Shown: positions 7,925 to 18,735 of the stretch, one piece after another
Position numbering within the stretch: the first letter of the stretch is position 1
Layout of the letters: each line of letters starts with the position of its first letter
From: Octopus sinensis
Taxonomy: Eukaryota
Direction: 5' to 3'
DNA: 21,574 nt
Assembly (NCBI RefSeq): GCF_006345805.1
Contig: NW_021823610.1
Span: 1 to 21,574 of the forward strand
The notes under the pieces: model-generated
Seen by the model: only the letters and a program-made list of their open reading frames with translations
Database searches by the model: none
What the model was told of the DNA's origin: nothing
Made by a program: the position numbers and the translations under genes

Positions 7925-8735
7925 CTGTATGGTCGTGTTGCCAGCGACAAAAATGGAAACCTTATCAATCCTGCTTGGAAAAATGGGTGCTGTTCGTTCG
8001 TCGAAACAAAATTCCTCAACACAAAATTCTAAAATTTTTACTAAAACAACGGTCATCACATTTTTTATTTGAATCTTCTTGTCCTGTTGGGTATTGCCTT
8101 ACATAATCTGGTTCAGGCAAGCTTGAATTCAAGAGGACCTCTCTCATGTAAAAACTACATAAATCTTGGCAAAACTGATGCACGTTTCTTTATCAGGTCT
8201 GCAAATGAATGTTTGTGCTTATAAAATCGATTTTTGAGTGTCAATTCAGTTATTCCAGTATATACTTTAAATTAGTCTCTGTTGTTTGTTTCTGCCTTAG
8301 CGCTGTATACTTTCGACTTCTCTAAACAGTTTTTATCTAGCGGACAGTTCTCACGAATCCTAAAGTTGTAAAATTAATGTTGGCCAGATGTTTGTCTACA
8401 ATTTCATCCAGCCTTACAGCTTTTTATAAACCTTTGATATAACAACGGAAATTCTTGCAAGTTGAATAACTAATGTTAACATATTTCCTATTTAATGATT
8501 TTATATACTTATGCCCCGGCGGAAAATGGTAATTTATCAAATTAAGTAATTCGTTATCTATATTGGTTTTTGCTGTTAGATTAATACTGGTTGTACCATA
8601 AGATATTCCTGTCCCTATTCTTAATGCTAAGCTTTATGCTATCAGTGCGTTTTTACATATCTAATCTTACCGGAAAACCTAGAATTTCTAAACGCTTCGT
8701 TGCAATACCCAGCTACAAAAGCATCTTTATATATT
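7925..8735 (-). pseudogene. Degenerate Penelope-like element: post-RT linker plus GIY-YIG endonuclease
   Basis: Minus strand with stops and frameshifts: AGYCNEAFRNSRFSGKIRY, RNILWYNQ, TNIDNELLNLINYHFPPGHKYIKSLNRKYVNISYSTCKN, NCPLDKNCLEKSKVYSA..VYTGITELTLKNRFYKHKHSF. These match PLE motifs RNI.WFNPP, HFP..H....+NR...+SYS, CPL...C...VY..Y.G.TE..FK.R...H..SF. Confidence 0.88.
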
Positions 8736-8739
8736 CATA

Positions 8740-8891
8740 CACACACGGGCGCACCACGCACACACACACACACACGGGCGGGTGCACGCACACCACATGC
8801 ATACATATTATATAACACACAAACACATATGTGTGTGTGCGTACGTACGTCTGTGTATGTCAATCTGAGTGTGTGTGCCTATTATATATAT

Positions 8892-8938
<47 letters not shown>
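8740..8938. repeat. Compound microsatellite (CA/TG/TA)
   Basis: Directly visible tracts. Confidence 0.9.
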
Positions 8939-8939
<1 letters not shown>

Positions 8940-9069
8940 TGAGTTTCACACACAGAAATTGACAACCAATTTCCATCTGCAAGTTATTGGGTTAACCCGT
9001 GGCTATGTTAGAAGACATGTGTTGTCTAGAGCATCACGAAATGGGATCGAACACGAAACTACACGGCTG

Positions 9070-9343
9070 CGAAACGAATTTTACTATCACATGCTACCAA
9101 GTCCTTTTCAACGTACTGGGCCTTGACAATATACCGATAGAAATTTGGAAAACAGGGGTACTCTTGGATCCATCATTATAAATGTGTAACAAAAACTTAC
9201 GCCATGACAAAGTTGATACTTCGATGGAAAATGGCCCAACGCCATCTCCAAAGAAAATAAATTTTGGATATGCTAAAGAATACTGAGGCTTTGGTCTATT
9301 GGTTATTGCAGCTAAAATCTACAATAAAATGTTGCTTTTAAGA

Positions 9344-9345
<2 letters not shown>
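9070..9345 (+). pseudogene. RTE/RTE-X-like LINE reverse transcriptase N-terminal fragment
   Basis: Single frame from 9119: GLDNIPIEIWKTGVLLDPSL*MCNKNL...PSPKKINFGYAKEY*GFGLLVIAAKIYNKMLLLRI, i.e. G.D.IP.E.WK / P.PKKG....NYRGI.L..IAAK+YNK+L..RI (RT domains 0-1). Confidence 0.82.
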
Positions 9346-9374
<29 letters not shown>

Positions 9375-9418
9375 TGTATGTATGTATGTATGTATGTATG
9401 TATGTATGTATGTATGTA

Positions 9419-9449
<31 letters not shown>

Positions 9450-9745
9450 TATGTATGTATATATGTATGTATGTATGTATGGATGGATGGATGCATGTAA
9501 GCATGCATGCATACTTACATATATACATGCATGCATACATACATACATACATACATACACACATACATACATACATATACATACATACATGCATGCTTAC
9601 ATACATACTTACATACATACACACATACATACATACATACATACATACATACATACATACATACATACATACATACATCATACATACATACATACACACA
9701 CATACATATACATACATACACATACATACATATAGACATACATAC
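9346..9745. repeat. Strand-flipping microsatellite (TATG)n to (CATA)n
   Basis: (TATG)n at 9346-9480, a TGCA-rich hinge at about 9490-9535, (CATA)n to 9745. Confidence 0.95.
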
Positions 9746-9746
9746 A

Positions 9747-10005
9747 ATCAGCAGCTCTCTGGACACCTGTGTGGTTAGAAAAATACAAGAGAAAGCGGAC
9801 ACTTATGGACCAAATCCAATCACCAAGACACACTTTCAGCTTCATATCTATTATCATTGGAGCAACGGGATACATGCCAACCCGTCTGGAGCAGAGTATG
9901 ACCGAACTTGGGATCTTGGGAAGAGAATGCAAATCCTTGATCCATATACTACGAATAATCACGATATCTGCGACCATGAAAATCTGCAAGACCTTAAGTT
10001 TTAAA
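9747..10005 (+). pseudogene. 3' end of an RLE-type (R2/R4/NeSL group) LINE, restriction-like endonuclease C-terminus
   Basis: ISSSLDTCVVRKIQEKADTYGP then, after a frameshift, FISIIIGATGYMPTRLEQSMTELGI..RECKSLIHILRIITISATMKICKT. This resembles the RLE tail (SCP.D....K..EK...Y; P+++GA.G.+P..L...L..LG). Clade assignment from recall. Confidence 0.68.
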
Positions 10006-10091
10006 GGATGATGAGCACAAGATTCTTCCCTTCACAACCTTGCTACCAAGCTGGTTGGTCAAGATTTATTATGAATTAAAAGGAGAAAGAG

Positions 10092-10116
10092 AACACACAC
10101 GCACGCACGCACACAT

Positions 10117-10188
<72 letters not shown>

Positions 10189-10225
10189 CACACACACACA
10201 CACACAACACACAACATACAAGCAC
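10092..10225. repeat. (CA)n microsatellite
   Basis: Directly visible. Confidence 0.95.
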
Positions 10226-10228
10226 ACG

Positions 10229-10347
10229 AGTTTGTGTGTGTGTTTGTCCCTGTTCCCGACCACCGCTCGACAACCGGCGTTGGTTTGTTAGCGTCTCCAT
10301 AACTTTGCGGTTCGGTAAAAGAGGCCGATAGATTAAGTACCAGACTT

Positions 10348-10396
<49 letters not shown>

Positions 10397-10535
10397 TTTT
10401 CTCTCTCTAATTTCAGCTCAGAGCTGCGTCCATGCTGATGCTCCGCCGTTTTGTGCTCGAGCTGTTCGACAAAACCCTACAGGGTGGTATGGTGCCCAAA
10501 GGATGGCCGCAGTTCAACGACCGAAACGAGTTAAC
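10229..10535 (+). mobile_element. Diverged 3' half of a family-A SINE, interrupted by (TA)n and an inverted tail fragment
   Basis: gtttgtccctg..cgacaaccggcgttgg..gcggttcggtaaaagaggccgatagattaagtaccag (to about 10345) resumes near 10460 and ends ggatggccgcagttcaacgaccgaaacgag. Segment 10413-10447 is an inverted tail (ggcggagcatcagcatggacgcag on minus). Confidence 0.65.
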
Positions 10536-10769
10536 GACGGAAATTATAATTAAAGACGGAAATTAAAGACGGAAAATATAATTAAGAAAAAACAGTTTTC
10601 TATGTTCAAAGAATATGTTTCAATGTAACCTCCTTCTGTTAGTCTTGCAACATTTTGGCAACGATTGGCAAGGCAAGGCTACGAATCAGCTGCCAAGTTA
10701 TAATGAGAAAAATGTTCTCATACAATTCCATGCACATCTAGAATGCATTGTAGGAATAATGGAGCCCTG

Positions 10770-10845
10770 CACTTTATTGCATCGGCGCTGGAAGGTTGAA
10801 TGGCAAGGTCAACTTCAGCGAAATTTGACCTCGGAACATAAAGGG
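10770..10845 (-). mobile_element. Old degenerate family-C SINE core fragment
   Basis: aaggttgaatggcaaggtcaacttcagcgaaatttgacctcggaacataa aligns to aaggatgaaaggcaaagtcgacctcggcggaatttgaactcagaacgtaa. Confidence 0.65.
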
Positions 10846-10851
10846 ATGTAA

Positions 10852-10882
10852 CTCCCAAATCCACTGTCAGTGGATTTGGGAG
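10852..10882. repeat. Perfect 15-bp inverted repeat with 1-nt spacer
   Basis: ctcccaaatccactg-t-cagtggatttgggag. Confidence 0.95.
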
Positions 10883-10993
10883 AATTTAAGGATTCAAAAT
10901 TCAAGGATTCTACCAATCTGCTTTCTGTTTATAAGATGGCACAGTCACACTCGGAATACATCTAATAATATGTGCTGCTGATCTGGCACTAAA

Positions 10994-11042
<49 letters not shown>

Positions 11043-11103
11043 GTCATCATCATCGTCATTAACACCATTAACAACAACAACAACTACTACTACTACTACT
11101 ACT
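10994..11103. repeat. (CAT)n/(CAA)n/(CTA)n trinucleotide array at the 3' end of the family-B SINE
   Basis: Directly visible. Confidence 0.93.
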
Positions 11104-11429
11104 GGCACTGAGACTCCATCGGTTACGACGACGAGGGCTCCTGTTAATCCGATCAACGGAACAACCTGCTCGAGAGATTAACGTGCATGTGGCTGAGTAC
11201 TCCGCAGACACGCGTATACTCTTAACGTAGTTTTCAGGGAGATTCAACGTGAGACAGAATGTGACAAGGCTGGCCCTTTTCTTTACAGGTGCTACTCGTT
11301 TTTGCCAGCTGAGTGAACTGGTGCAACGCGAAATAAAGTGTCTTGATCAAGGACACAACACTTCGCCAGCAATCGAACCCATGAACTTACAATCGTGAAC
11401 CGATTATCCTAACCACTAAGCTACACACC
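11104..11429 (-). mobile_element. Full-length family-B SINE
   Basis: Minus strand: A-box tagcttagtgg, B-box ggttcgattgc, core gtgttgtgtccttgatcaagacactttatttcgcg..cagctggcaaaaacgagta, tail gggccagccttgtcacattctg...gtcgtcgtaaccgatggagtc. Confidence 0.88.
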
Positions 11430-11460
11430 TTCAACAACAACAATAACAACTCTGCACTAA

Positions 11461-11679
11461 ACTACTCTCTTTACTCTTTTACTTGTTTCAGTCATTTGAC
11501 TGCGGCCATGCTGGAGCACTGCCTTTAGTCGAGCAATTCGACCCCGGGACTTATTCTTTGTAAGCCCAGTACTTATTCTTTCGGTCTCTTTTGACGAACC
11601 GCTATGTGACGGGGACGTAAACACACCAGCATCGGTTGTCAAGCAATGCTAGGGGGACAAACACAAACACACACACACA

Positions 11680-11737
<58 letters not shown>

Positions 11738-11901
11738 TATGACAGGCTTCTTTCAGTTTCCGTCTACCATATCCACTCACAAGGCTTTGGTCGGCCCGGG
11801 GCTATAGCAGAAGACACTTGCCCAAGATGCCACGCAGTGGGATTGAACCCAGAACCATGTGGTTGGTAAGCAAGCTACTTACCACACAGCTACTCCTACG
11901 C
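11461..11901 (-). mobile_element. Full-length family-A SINE with internal microsatellite
   Basis: Head gcgtaggagtagctgtgtggtaag, B-box ggttcaatccc, internal TA/TATG/TG spacer (about 11660-11740), 3' half ending gaaacaagtaaaagagtaaagag. Colinear with 19136-19534. Confidence 0.92.
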
Positions 11902-11953
11902 TACACTATTTTATAAGAACAGAACCTCTATGCGACCATTTGTCTTGCTAGAT

Positions 11954-12186
11954 ATACCTATTTCTTTATTACCCACAAGGGGCTAAACATAGAGGGGACA
12001 AACATGGACAGACATAGGTATTAAGTCGATTATATCGACCCCAGTGCTTAACTGGTACTTAATTTATCGACCCCGAAAGGATAAAAGGCAAAGTCGACCT
12101 CGGTGGAATTTGAACTCACAACGTAACGGCAGCCGAAATACCGCTAAGCATTTCGCCCGACGTGCTAACGATTCTGCCAGCTCGCC
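11954..12186 (-). mobile_element. Family-C SINE, type-1 tail
   Basis: Colinear with 3071-3301. Tail reads aaagaaataggtat on minus. Confidence 0.9.
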
Positions 12187-12190
12187 AAAT

Positions 12191-13064
12191 GGATCTTTAC
12201 CTTTTGACCGACAGATTTTTAAAATAATTTTTTGTAACTAAACACTTTCAAACTTCGGACACTGGTAGAATATATCATATAAAACATCTTTTACTCTTGG
12301 CGTTTTTGAGAAAAACTAATAAATAGGAAGTTATTTCGCGTTAAAGTTGTATTTCGGTAGTTTCAACCAATCAATGACATGTATTCAGCTGAATAAAATT
12401 ACTGCCGTTGTTTGTCAACAACAACTATCGTCGGTGTATTTTTTATTTGTCACTGTTATTTATGACATCGTTCGTGCGTTTGTACTGGTTTTAAGGTTTT
12501 ATGGTTAGGGTTGTCATAAATAACAGTGACAAACGAAATATACACTGCCGGAAGTTCTTGTTGACAAACAACAGCAGTAATTTTATTCAGCTGAATACAT
12601 GTCATTGATTGGTTGAAATTACCGAAATATGACAAATTTAACGTGAAATAACTTCCTAAATATAAGCTTTTCTCAAAAATGCTATGATAAAAAATGTTCT
12701 ATATGACACATTCTACCAGTGTCCGAAGTTTGAAAGTGTTTAGTTACAAAAAAGTACCAGTTATGCACTGGGGTCGATGCAATCGACTTAATCCCTTTGT
12801 TTGTCCCCGTATTTGTCCCCGATAGTTGTTGTTGACAAACAATGGCAGTACTTTTATTCAGCTGAATACACGTCATTGATTGGTTGAAATTACCGAAATA
12901 CGACAACTTTAACGTGAAATAACTTCGTAAATCTAAGTCTTTCTCAAAAAAAAAGAGTAAAAGATGTTTTTTTATATGACACATTCTACCAGTGTCCGAA
13001 GTTTGAAAGTGTTTAGTTACAAAAAAATATTTTTTTATATCTGTCGGTCAAAAGGTAAAGATCC
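12191..13064. mobile_element. Long-TIR MITE (superfamily unresolved) with partly duplicated right arm and a captured SINE fragment
   Basis: Termini ggatctttaccttttgaccgacagat / atctgtcggtcaaaaggtaaagatcc. Arms about 277 bp (12191-12467 inverted from 12512), 44-bp spacer. About 200 bp of the right arm is repeated around a family-C fragment (12753-12820). CAAAT flanks both ends (12186-12190, 13065-13069). Confidence 0.85.
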
Positions 13065-13674
13065 CAAATTTATGATGTTTTTGCATGTCAAGTAGAAAAC
13101 GGTAGCCCTTCTTGAAGATTCTAGCAGCTAGAATATTTTGGGGCCAATTTGTCGTCATCGTCTATTTGTCTTGGTAGCTCCGGCTACACTGGCAGCTGAC
13201 CTGTTTAAAGAGTACACCGCTACTCTCCTGCAGGCGCTGCTGGTCAACTGAAAAACTAATTATATATAAATGTTTTCTTTAGAGACAAAAGCACCGAAAA
13301 ATGAAATTGTTAATGACATCCTGTTCTGAGATGCAAGTGATCACTACTTGCTGACGTCATCTATAATTGAGCGAATCCTATTTGTGTTCTTTGGGTGTTT
13401 GTGCATTCGGTTACTATGATCCGGATTTTATTTTTAAGCAGTGAGCTGATGTTTAAAACCAAATATTCCTGCTACAAACCGAACATTTTTTTTTTAGTTT
13501 TTGTAATGTTTCTGTTTCTGTTTATTTTATTTTATTTTATTTATTTTGCAGCCGACCTTCTTATATGTCAGCCCTTAACTTATTTGAGAAAATCAGTGCC
13601 TGTCAGAAGTTTTAATCGATAACATCGTAAAATAATACCTCATTCAACTTGCAGTATCTCATCAAATTTAAGAA

Positions 13675-13882
13675 GGCGAGCTGGCAGAAACGTTAGCACA
13701 CCGGGCGAAATGCTTAGCGGTACTTTGTCTTTATGTTCTGAGTTCAAATTCCGCCGAGGTCGACTTTGCCTTTCATCCTTTCAGAGTCGATAAATTAAGT
13801 ACCAGTTGCATACTGGAATCGATCTAATCGACCGGTCCCCTCCCCCAAAATTTCGAGCTTTGTGCCTAGAGTGGAAAAGAAT
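13675..13882 (+). mobile_element. Family-C SINE, type-2 tail
   Basis: ggcgagctggcagaaacgttagcac...cccctcccccaaaatttcgagctttgtgcctagagtggaaaagaat. Confidence 0.9.
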
Positions 13883-14090
13883 ATTTTTTGTATTTAAGAC
13901 TTTCAAGCATGTTCTTGAATTCGTCGACTAAATCATTTCAGTGGTGACCACTCCAAAACAAGAATGTCTTGCAAGTTAACTGAAACTTTCTTTTTAGCTG
14001 GTGAAGGATTTCAATCCCGAGTAGTAATTGTTAGTGACACCCCTTCCCCTCCCAAATAAAAGGGGACTTAATTTCAAGAAATTGAGGAAT

Positions 14091-14165
14091 AATATCTATT
14101 TCTTTATTGCCCACAGGGGACTAAACATAGAGGGGACAAACAAGGACATAGGAATTAAGTCGATT
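14091..14165 (-). mobile_element. Family-C SINE type-1 tail fragment fused to a MITE
   Basis: tatttctttattgcccacagggg..gaggggacaaacaaggac..attaagtcgatt matches 11959-12030. Confidence 0.8.
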
Positions 14166-14581
14166 CAGCTGAATAAAATTACTTCTGTTGTTTGTCAAGA
14201 ATTTCCGGCGGTGTATATTTCGTTTGTCACTGTTATTTATGACAACCCTAACCCTAAAACCCTAACGCTAACCCTGAAACCAGTACGAACGCACGAACGA
14301 TGTCATAAATAACAGTGACAAACGAAATATACACCGCCGATAGTTGTTGTTGTCAAACAACGGCAGTAATTTTATTCAGCTGAATACATGTCATTGATTG
14401 GTTGAAATCACCGAAATACGAGAACTTTAACGTGAAATAACTTCCTAAATATAAGCTTTTCTTAAAAAACGCTATGAGGAAAAGATGTTTTATACGACAC
14501 ATTCTACCAGTGTCCGAAGTTTGAAAGTGTTTAGTTACAAAAATAATTTTTTTAAATCTGTCGGTCAAAAGGTAAAGATCC
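14163..14581. mobile_element. Second copy of the long-TIR MITE, left arm truncated, spacer in opposite orientation
   Basis: attcagctgaataaaattac...; spacer aaccctaaccctaaaaccctaacgctaaccct..gtacgaacgcacgaacga; complete right arm ending ggtaaagatcc. Confidence 0.88.
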
Positions 14582-14746
14582 GCTAGTTGGTATGGGACGT
14601 GTTCAATACGTGTATCGTACGTACCATCCAATATCGCTGGCTTGTCGCCTCTAATGCTAATCAGTAGTATGTTTAATACACAAGTGGCAAGAGCTTCCTT
14701 ACTATCTCGTTAAACTTTTACCAATTAAGAGTGATTTATCATCTTC

Positions 14747-16635
14747 ATGATGAGCAAGAATACGAAAGATAAAAGCAGTGATAAAATTGACTTAGGTTTA
14801 ACTTCGACAAAGAAAAGAATTAAATAGTATAATCGTATATTATCGAACAAACTTTTATTGGATTTTCGATTTTCATCATGGTTAGAACCAAGTAAAACAA
14901 AAATCGAAGGAACATACAGTAAATTTTGTTGTGAAATTCAAGGCAGTGTATCTCATCTGGAGAAACACGGAAAAACAATGTTAATTCAGAAAGTAAAAGT
15001 GGAAAACTGACCGACTTTTTGCAGCCTACAACTTCTGTTCATATTACAAACGTAGTAGCTGTAGATCTTAAGCTTGGTTCCTTCATTACAGAACATAATT
15101 TACTAGTGAGACTTATGGATCATTTGCCTGGACTAACTCAGAATGCATGTCCTGATTCCAAAATAGCTACAGATATTAAATGTACAGTAACCAAAGCTAC
15201 ACAAATTTATAAAAAATGTTTTAGGCCCTTATTACTCTGAAAACCTCATTAAACAGTTAAAAGTGTGCAAGTTTTCATTAATTGTTGTTGAAACTACTGA
15301 TGTAAGTACAAAATAAAAACTTGTTCTGTTAGCTAGATTTTATGATTGTAGCACTCAGAAAATTATTGATAGTTATTTAATTCTTTTAGAAGCCAAGGAT
15401 TGCTCTGCTAATGGAATTTTTCCCTCTATTGAAAGATTCTTCACCTTACGTGATATTACTTTTGAAAATTGGATAGGATTTGCTAGTGACAATGCTAGTG
15501 TAATGATGGGACAGAAGGGAGGTGTGCAGATATTACTGAAGAACAAAGTTCCCTCTCTTTTTATTCAGGGTTGTGTCTGTCACTCTATGCATATCCGTGC
15601 ATCAAAGCCAAGTTCAGAATTACCTTCATATTTAGAAGAACACGCTAGAAGCATATATTCATTCCTCTCAAATAGCCCAAAGAGACTGCAAGAATATGAA
15701 GAATTTCAGGCATTTACTCAAACAAATCTTCATAAATTATTACATATAAGTTGTACAAGGTGGCTATCTTTAGAACAAGTTGTCAAAAGAATAGTAGAAC
15801 AGTGACCTGCGCTAGTGTTATTCTTTACTACTGCTGCTATTGAAGATAACAGTGCAGCTTCAAATGTGCTCAACTCATTAACAAATCCACTCACAGAGAT
15901 GTATTATGCATTTTTAGTATATATTTTGCCAGATGTTATTAAGTTGAACTTAGATTTCCAATCAGAAAGCTCTAGAATGCACAAATCTATTACATATGTT
16001 GTTATGGGAATATTTGGCAATTTTGTTAAAAAAATATTATGAAAAATAAAAGCTATATGAAATTAAGATCAATGATCCATCAGTGTATCTTCCCATGACT
16101 GGAATTTAGAGGAGCATAAGTTGAAAGCATCTACATAAAGAAAGCTTCATCTATTAGTTCAACTGGATTGAAAACAAAAATGGGACAAGAACGCAAAATA
16201 TTCAGACAGTTAGGTGATACAAAAAAGGGACAACAAAACATCCAGACAGACGATACAAAGGAAACAAGGACGGGTCATTCGGAGTTTTCTATCCTCAGTC
16301 GAATTCCAGCCGAAATTGCAAAGATAACCTGGAGCTCCGAATGACCCGTCCTTGTTTCCTTTGTATCGTGTGTCTGGGTGTTTTGTTGTCCCTTTTTTGT
16401 ATCACCTAACTGTCTGGATGTTTTGCGTTCTTGTCCCAATTTTGTAATTTTTATATATAAAATATAGCGGCATACGTATAGTTTGGTCTCTCATTATAAA
16501 TAATATATATTATGCATTTCAGTTGATTTACAGGCGAAATATTACAAATTTAAATTCTGGTACTTTTTGAGCAAAATTTGGTACATTTATTTTGCTAAAT
16601 CTGGTACTTTCATCAAAAGACGTTTGGCAAGCCTG
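14747..16635 (+). mobile_element. Decayed hAT DNA transposon (transposase pseudogene about 14747-16120; right terminus at 16635)
   Basis: With stops and frameshifts: WLEP..SKFC..SHLEKH (N-terminal zinc-finger-like), FITEHNL..DHL..PDSKIA, FSLIVVETTDVS (first catalytic D lost), IGFASDNASVMMG, GCVCHSMH, TRWLSLE. Right end cgtttggcaagcctg with tggtac subterminal repeats. Left TIR/TSD and C-terminal dimerisation domain not found. Confidence 0.9.
16174..16445. mobile_element. Fold-back element (about 111-bp arms) nested in the hAT remnant
   Basis: acaaaaatgggacaagaacgc...ggtcattcggag (16174-16284) is inverted at 16335-16445, with a 50-bp spacer. Same family as 20675-20830. Confidence 0.85.
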
Positions 16636-16969
16636 CTCCAGTCGAGAGCATTGGGTTTTTTTTTCCTTTCGTTTTTCAGACAATCATCCAACGCGTTATA
16701 TAAATACATAAGATTTAACTCTTGTTTACAACAGGTTAAATGATCACGCAAATACTTTCATGTTGGCTCATAGATTTGCGCCGATCTCCTGCAGACGACA
16801 TTTTATTATACGGCGTTGTTGTGTGTGTGTGTGTGTGTGTGTGTGTATGATTGCGTGTATCTGAAATTTTAAGAAATTTTAGCTCAGAAGCTCTGCCTTT
16901 CATCCTCACGAAATCGATAAATAAAGCAGGCCAGTTGTAGGTCGATTCCTGTCTCATTCCCTTCTGTTT

Positions 16970-17339
16970 ATGTTTGTCTCTATCTATGTGCTTGTCTGTC
17001 TGTCTGTCTGTCTCCTTTCCTTCCTTCCTGCCTTCCCTTCTTTCTTTCTTTCCTTCTTTCTTTTTCTTTCTTCCATTCTTTCTTTCTTCACTTCTTTCTT
17101 TCTTCCTTCCTTCCTTTCTTTCTTTCTTCCTTCCTTCCTTCCTCCCTTTCTTTCTTCCTGCCTTTCTTTTTTCTTTCTTTCTTTCTCTATCTCTCTTTCA
17201 GATACACACACTCACACACATACACTTACACACACACACACACACTCACACATACATACACACATACACTTACACAAATGCACTCACGCACACACACACG
17301 CACACACGCACACACGCACACACACACACACACGCACAC

Positions 17340-17386
<47 letters not shown>
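16970..17386. repeat. Polypyrimidine (CTGT/CCTT/CTTT)n tract followed by (CA)n
   Basis: Directly visible. Explains ORFs 16970-17588. Confidence 0.95.
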
Positions 17387-17387
<1 letters not shown>

Positions 17388-17946
17388 CCAGAATGCTCAT
17401 CGTCGAGACTGACGGGGAATTCACCACTTTACCAAGTGATTTTTAAGTTTGATTCGACGGGGGATTTACTAGCTATTTCTAGCAGGTTGAGAAAGATCAC
17501 GCAGAAGGGGCCCTCTTTCCTTTTCAATACTGTCGCTATACTACCTACCATATGTTTACTTTCGAGGGAATACACTTTCGCTGCTTAAAAAAACAAAAAG
17601 CACTAACAAAACGAAACCTTCTGTAGTTATAAATTTGAAAAAAAAAATACCCACAGAAATAAGGACAAAATAATACAAGAGAAAACGAAAAGAACTAAAA
17701 ACAAAACACTACAGTTAATTCTATGTTCTCTTTAAAGCTATAAAGGAAAAGGTGTTAAAACTTCGCATCCGTCTACTTGAAAACATATTACATTAAAAGT
17801 AATATATGGCTACTCTTGTTTGTAAATTTTTCTTAGCTTCCGGTTCAGCTATCTAAGCTATCTTAATGTAAGCAAACTTAATGTAAGTTATCCTACTATT
17901 TGTCTATCAGTCTATCTCTCTACATACCTACTATCTATCTATCTAG

Positions 17947-18124
17947 CTTTTTTTTCACGATCCCTTTTGATCGGAATCCCCCCCCACTTTTTTTCACGAT
18001 CCCTTTTGATTGGAATTCGCCCTCCTTTTTCTTTTTCTTTTTGTCCTCCTCTTCTTTCCCAAAAGAAAAGCTCTACTTTGTATTTTGTCCCTTCTGCGTT
18101 TAGCCCTGCGTGGCAAATAAAGAA

Positions 18125-18127
<3 letters not shown>
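17947..18127 (+). mobile_element. Short retro-like insertion in a (CTAT)n array, ending in a family-C type-1-like tail
   Basis: Two ~40-bp tandem units (ttcacgatcccttttgat(c/t)ggaat), then ttgtcccttctgcgtttagccctgcgtggcaaataaagaaat, similar to ttgtcccctctgtgtttagccccttgtgggtagtaaagaaat. CTAT repeats on both sides. Confidence 0.55.
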
Positions 18128-18733
<606 letters not shown>

Positions 18734-18735
18734 TA

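Noticed and set aside
13195-13250. Possible 47-nt minus-strand exon (tttttcag|ttgacc...aaacag|gtcagc; DQQRLQESSGVLFKQ)
   Set aside because: Splice signals are plausible but common by chance; no recognisable peptide and no partner exons. RNA-seq junction reads would be needed.
14263-14298. True telomere or chromosome-fusion scar
   Set aside because: Short, degenerate and embedded in a MITE spacer that is present twice in the window.
14628-14650. ctggcttgtcgcc as the left TIR of the hAT remnant
   Set aside because: Poor match to caggcttgccaaacg, and the flanking 8-mers do not form a TSD.
16270-16305. CTGAGGA...GAA on the minus strand of the second fold-back family
   Set aside because: Stem II does not pair after A9, GAAA is incomplete, and the 20675 copy does not conserve the core.
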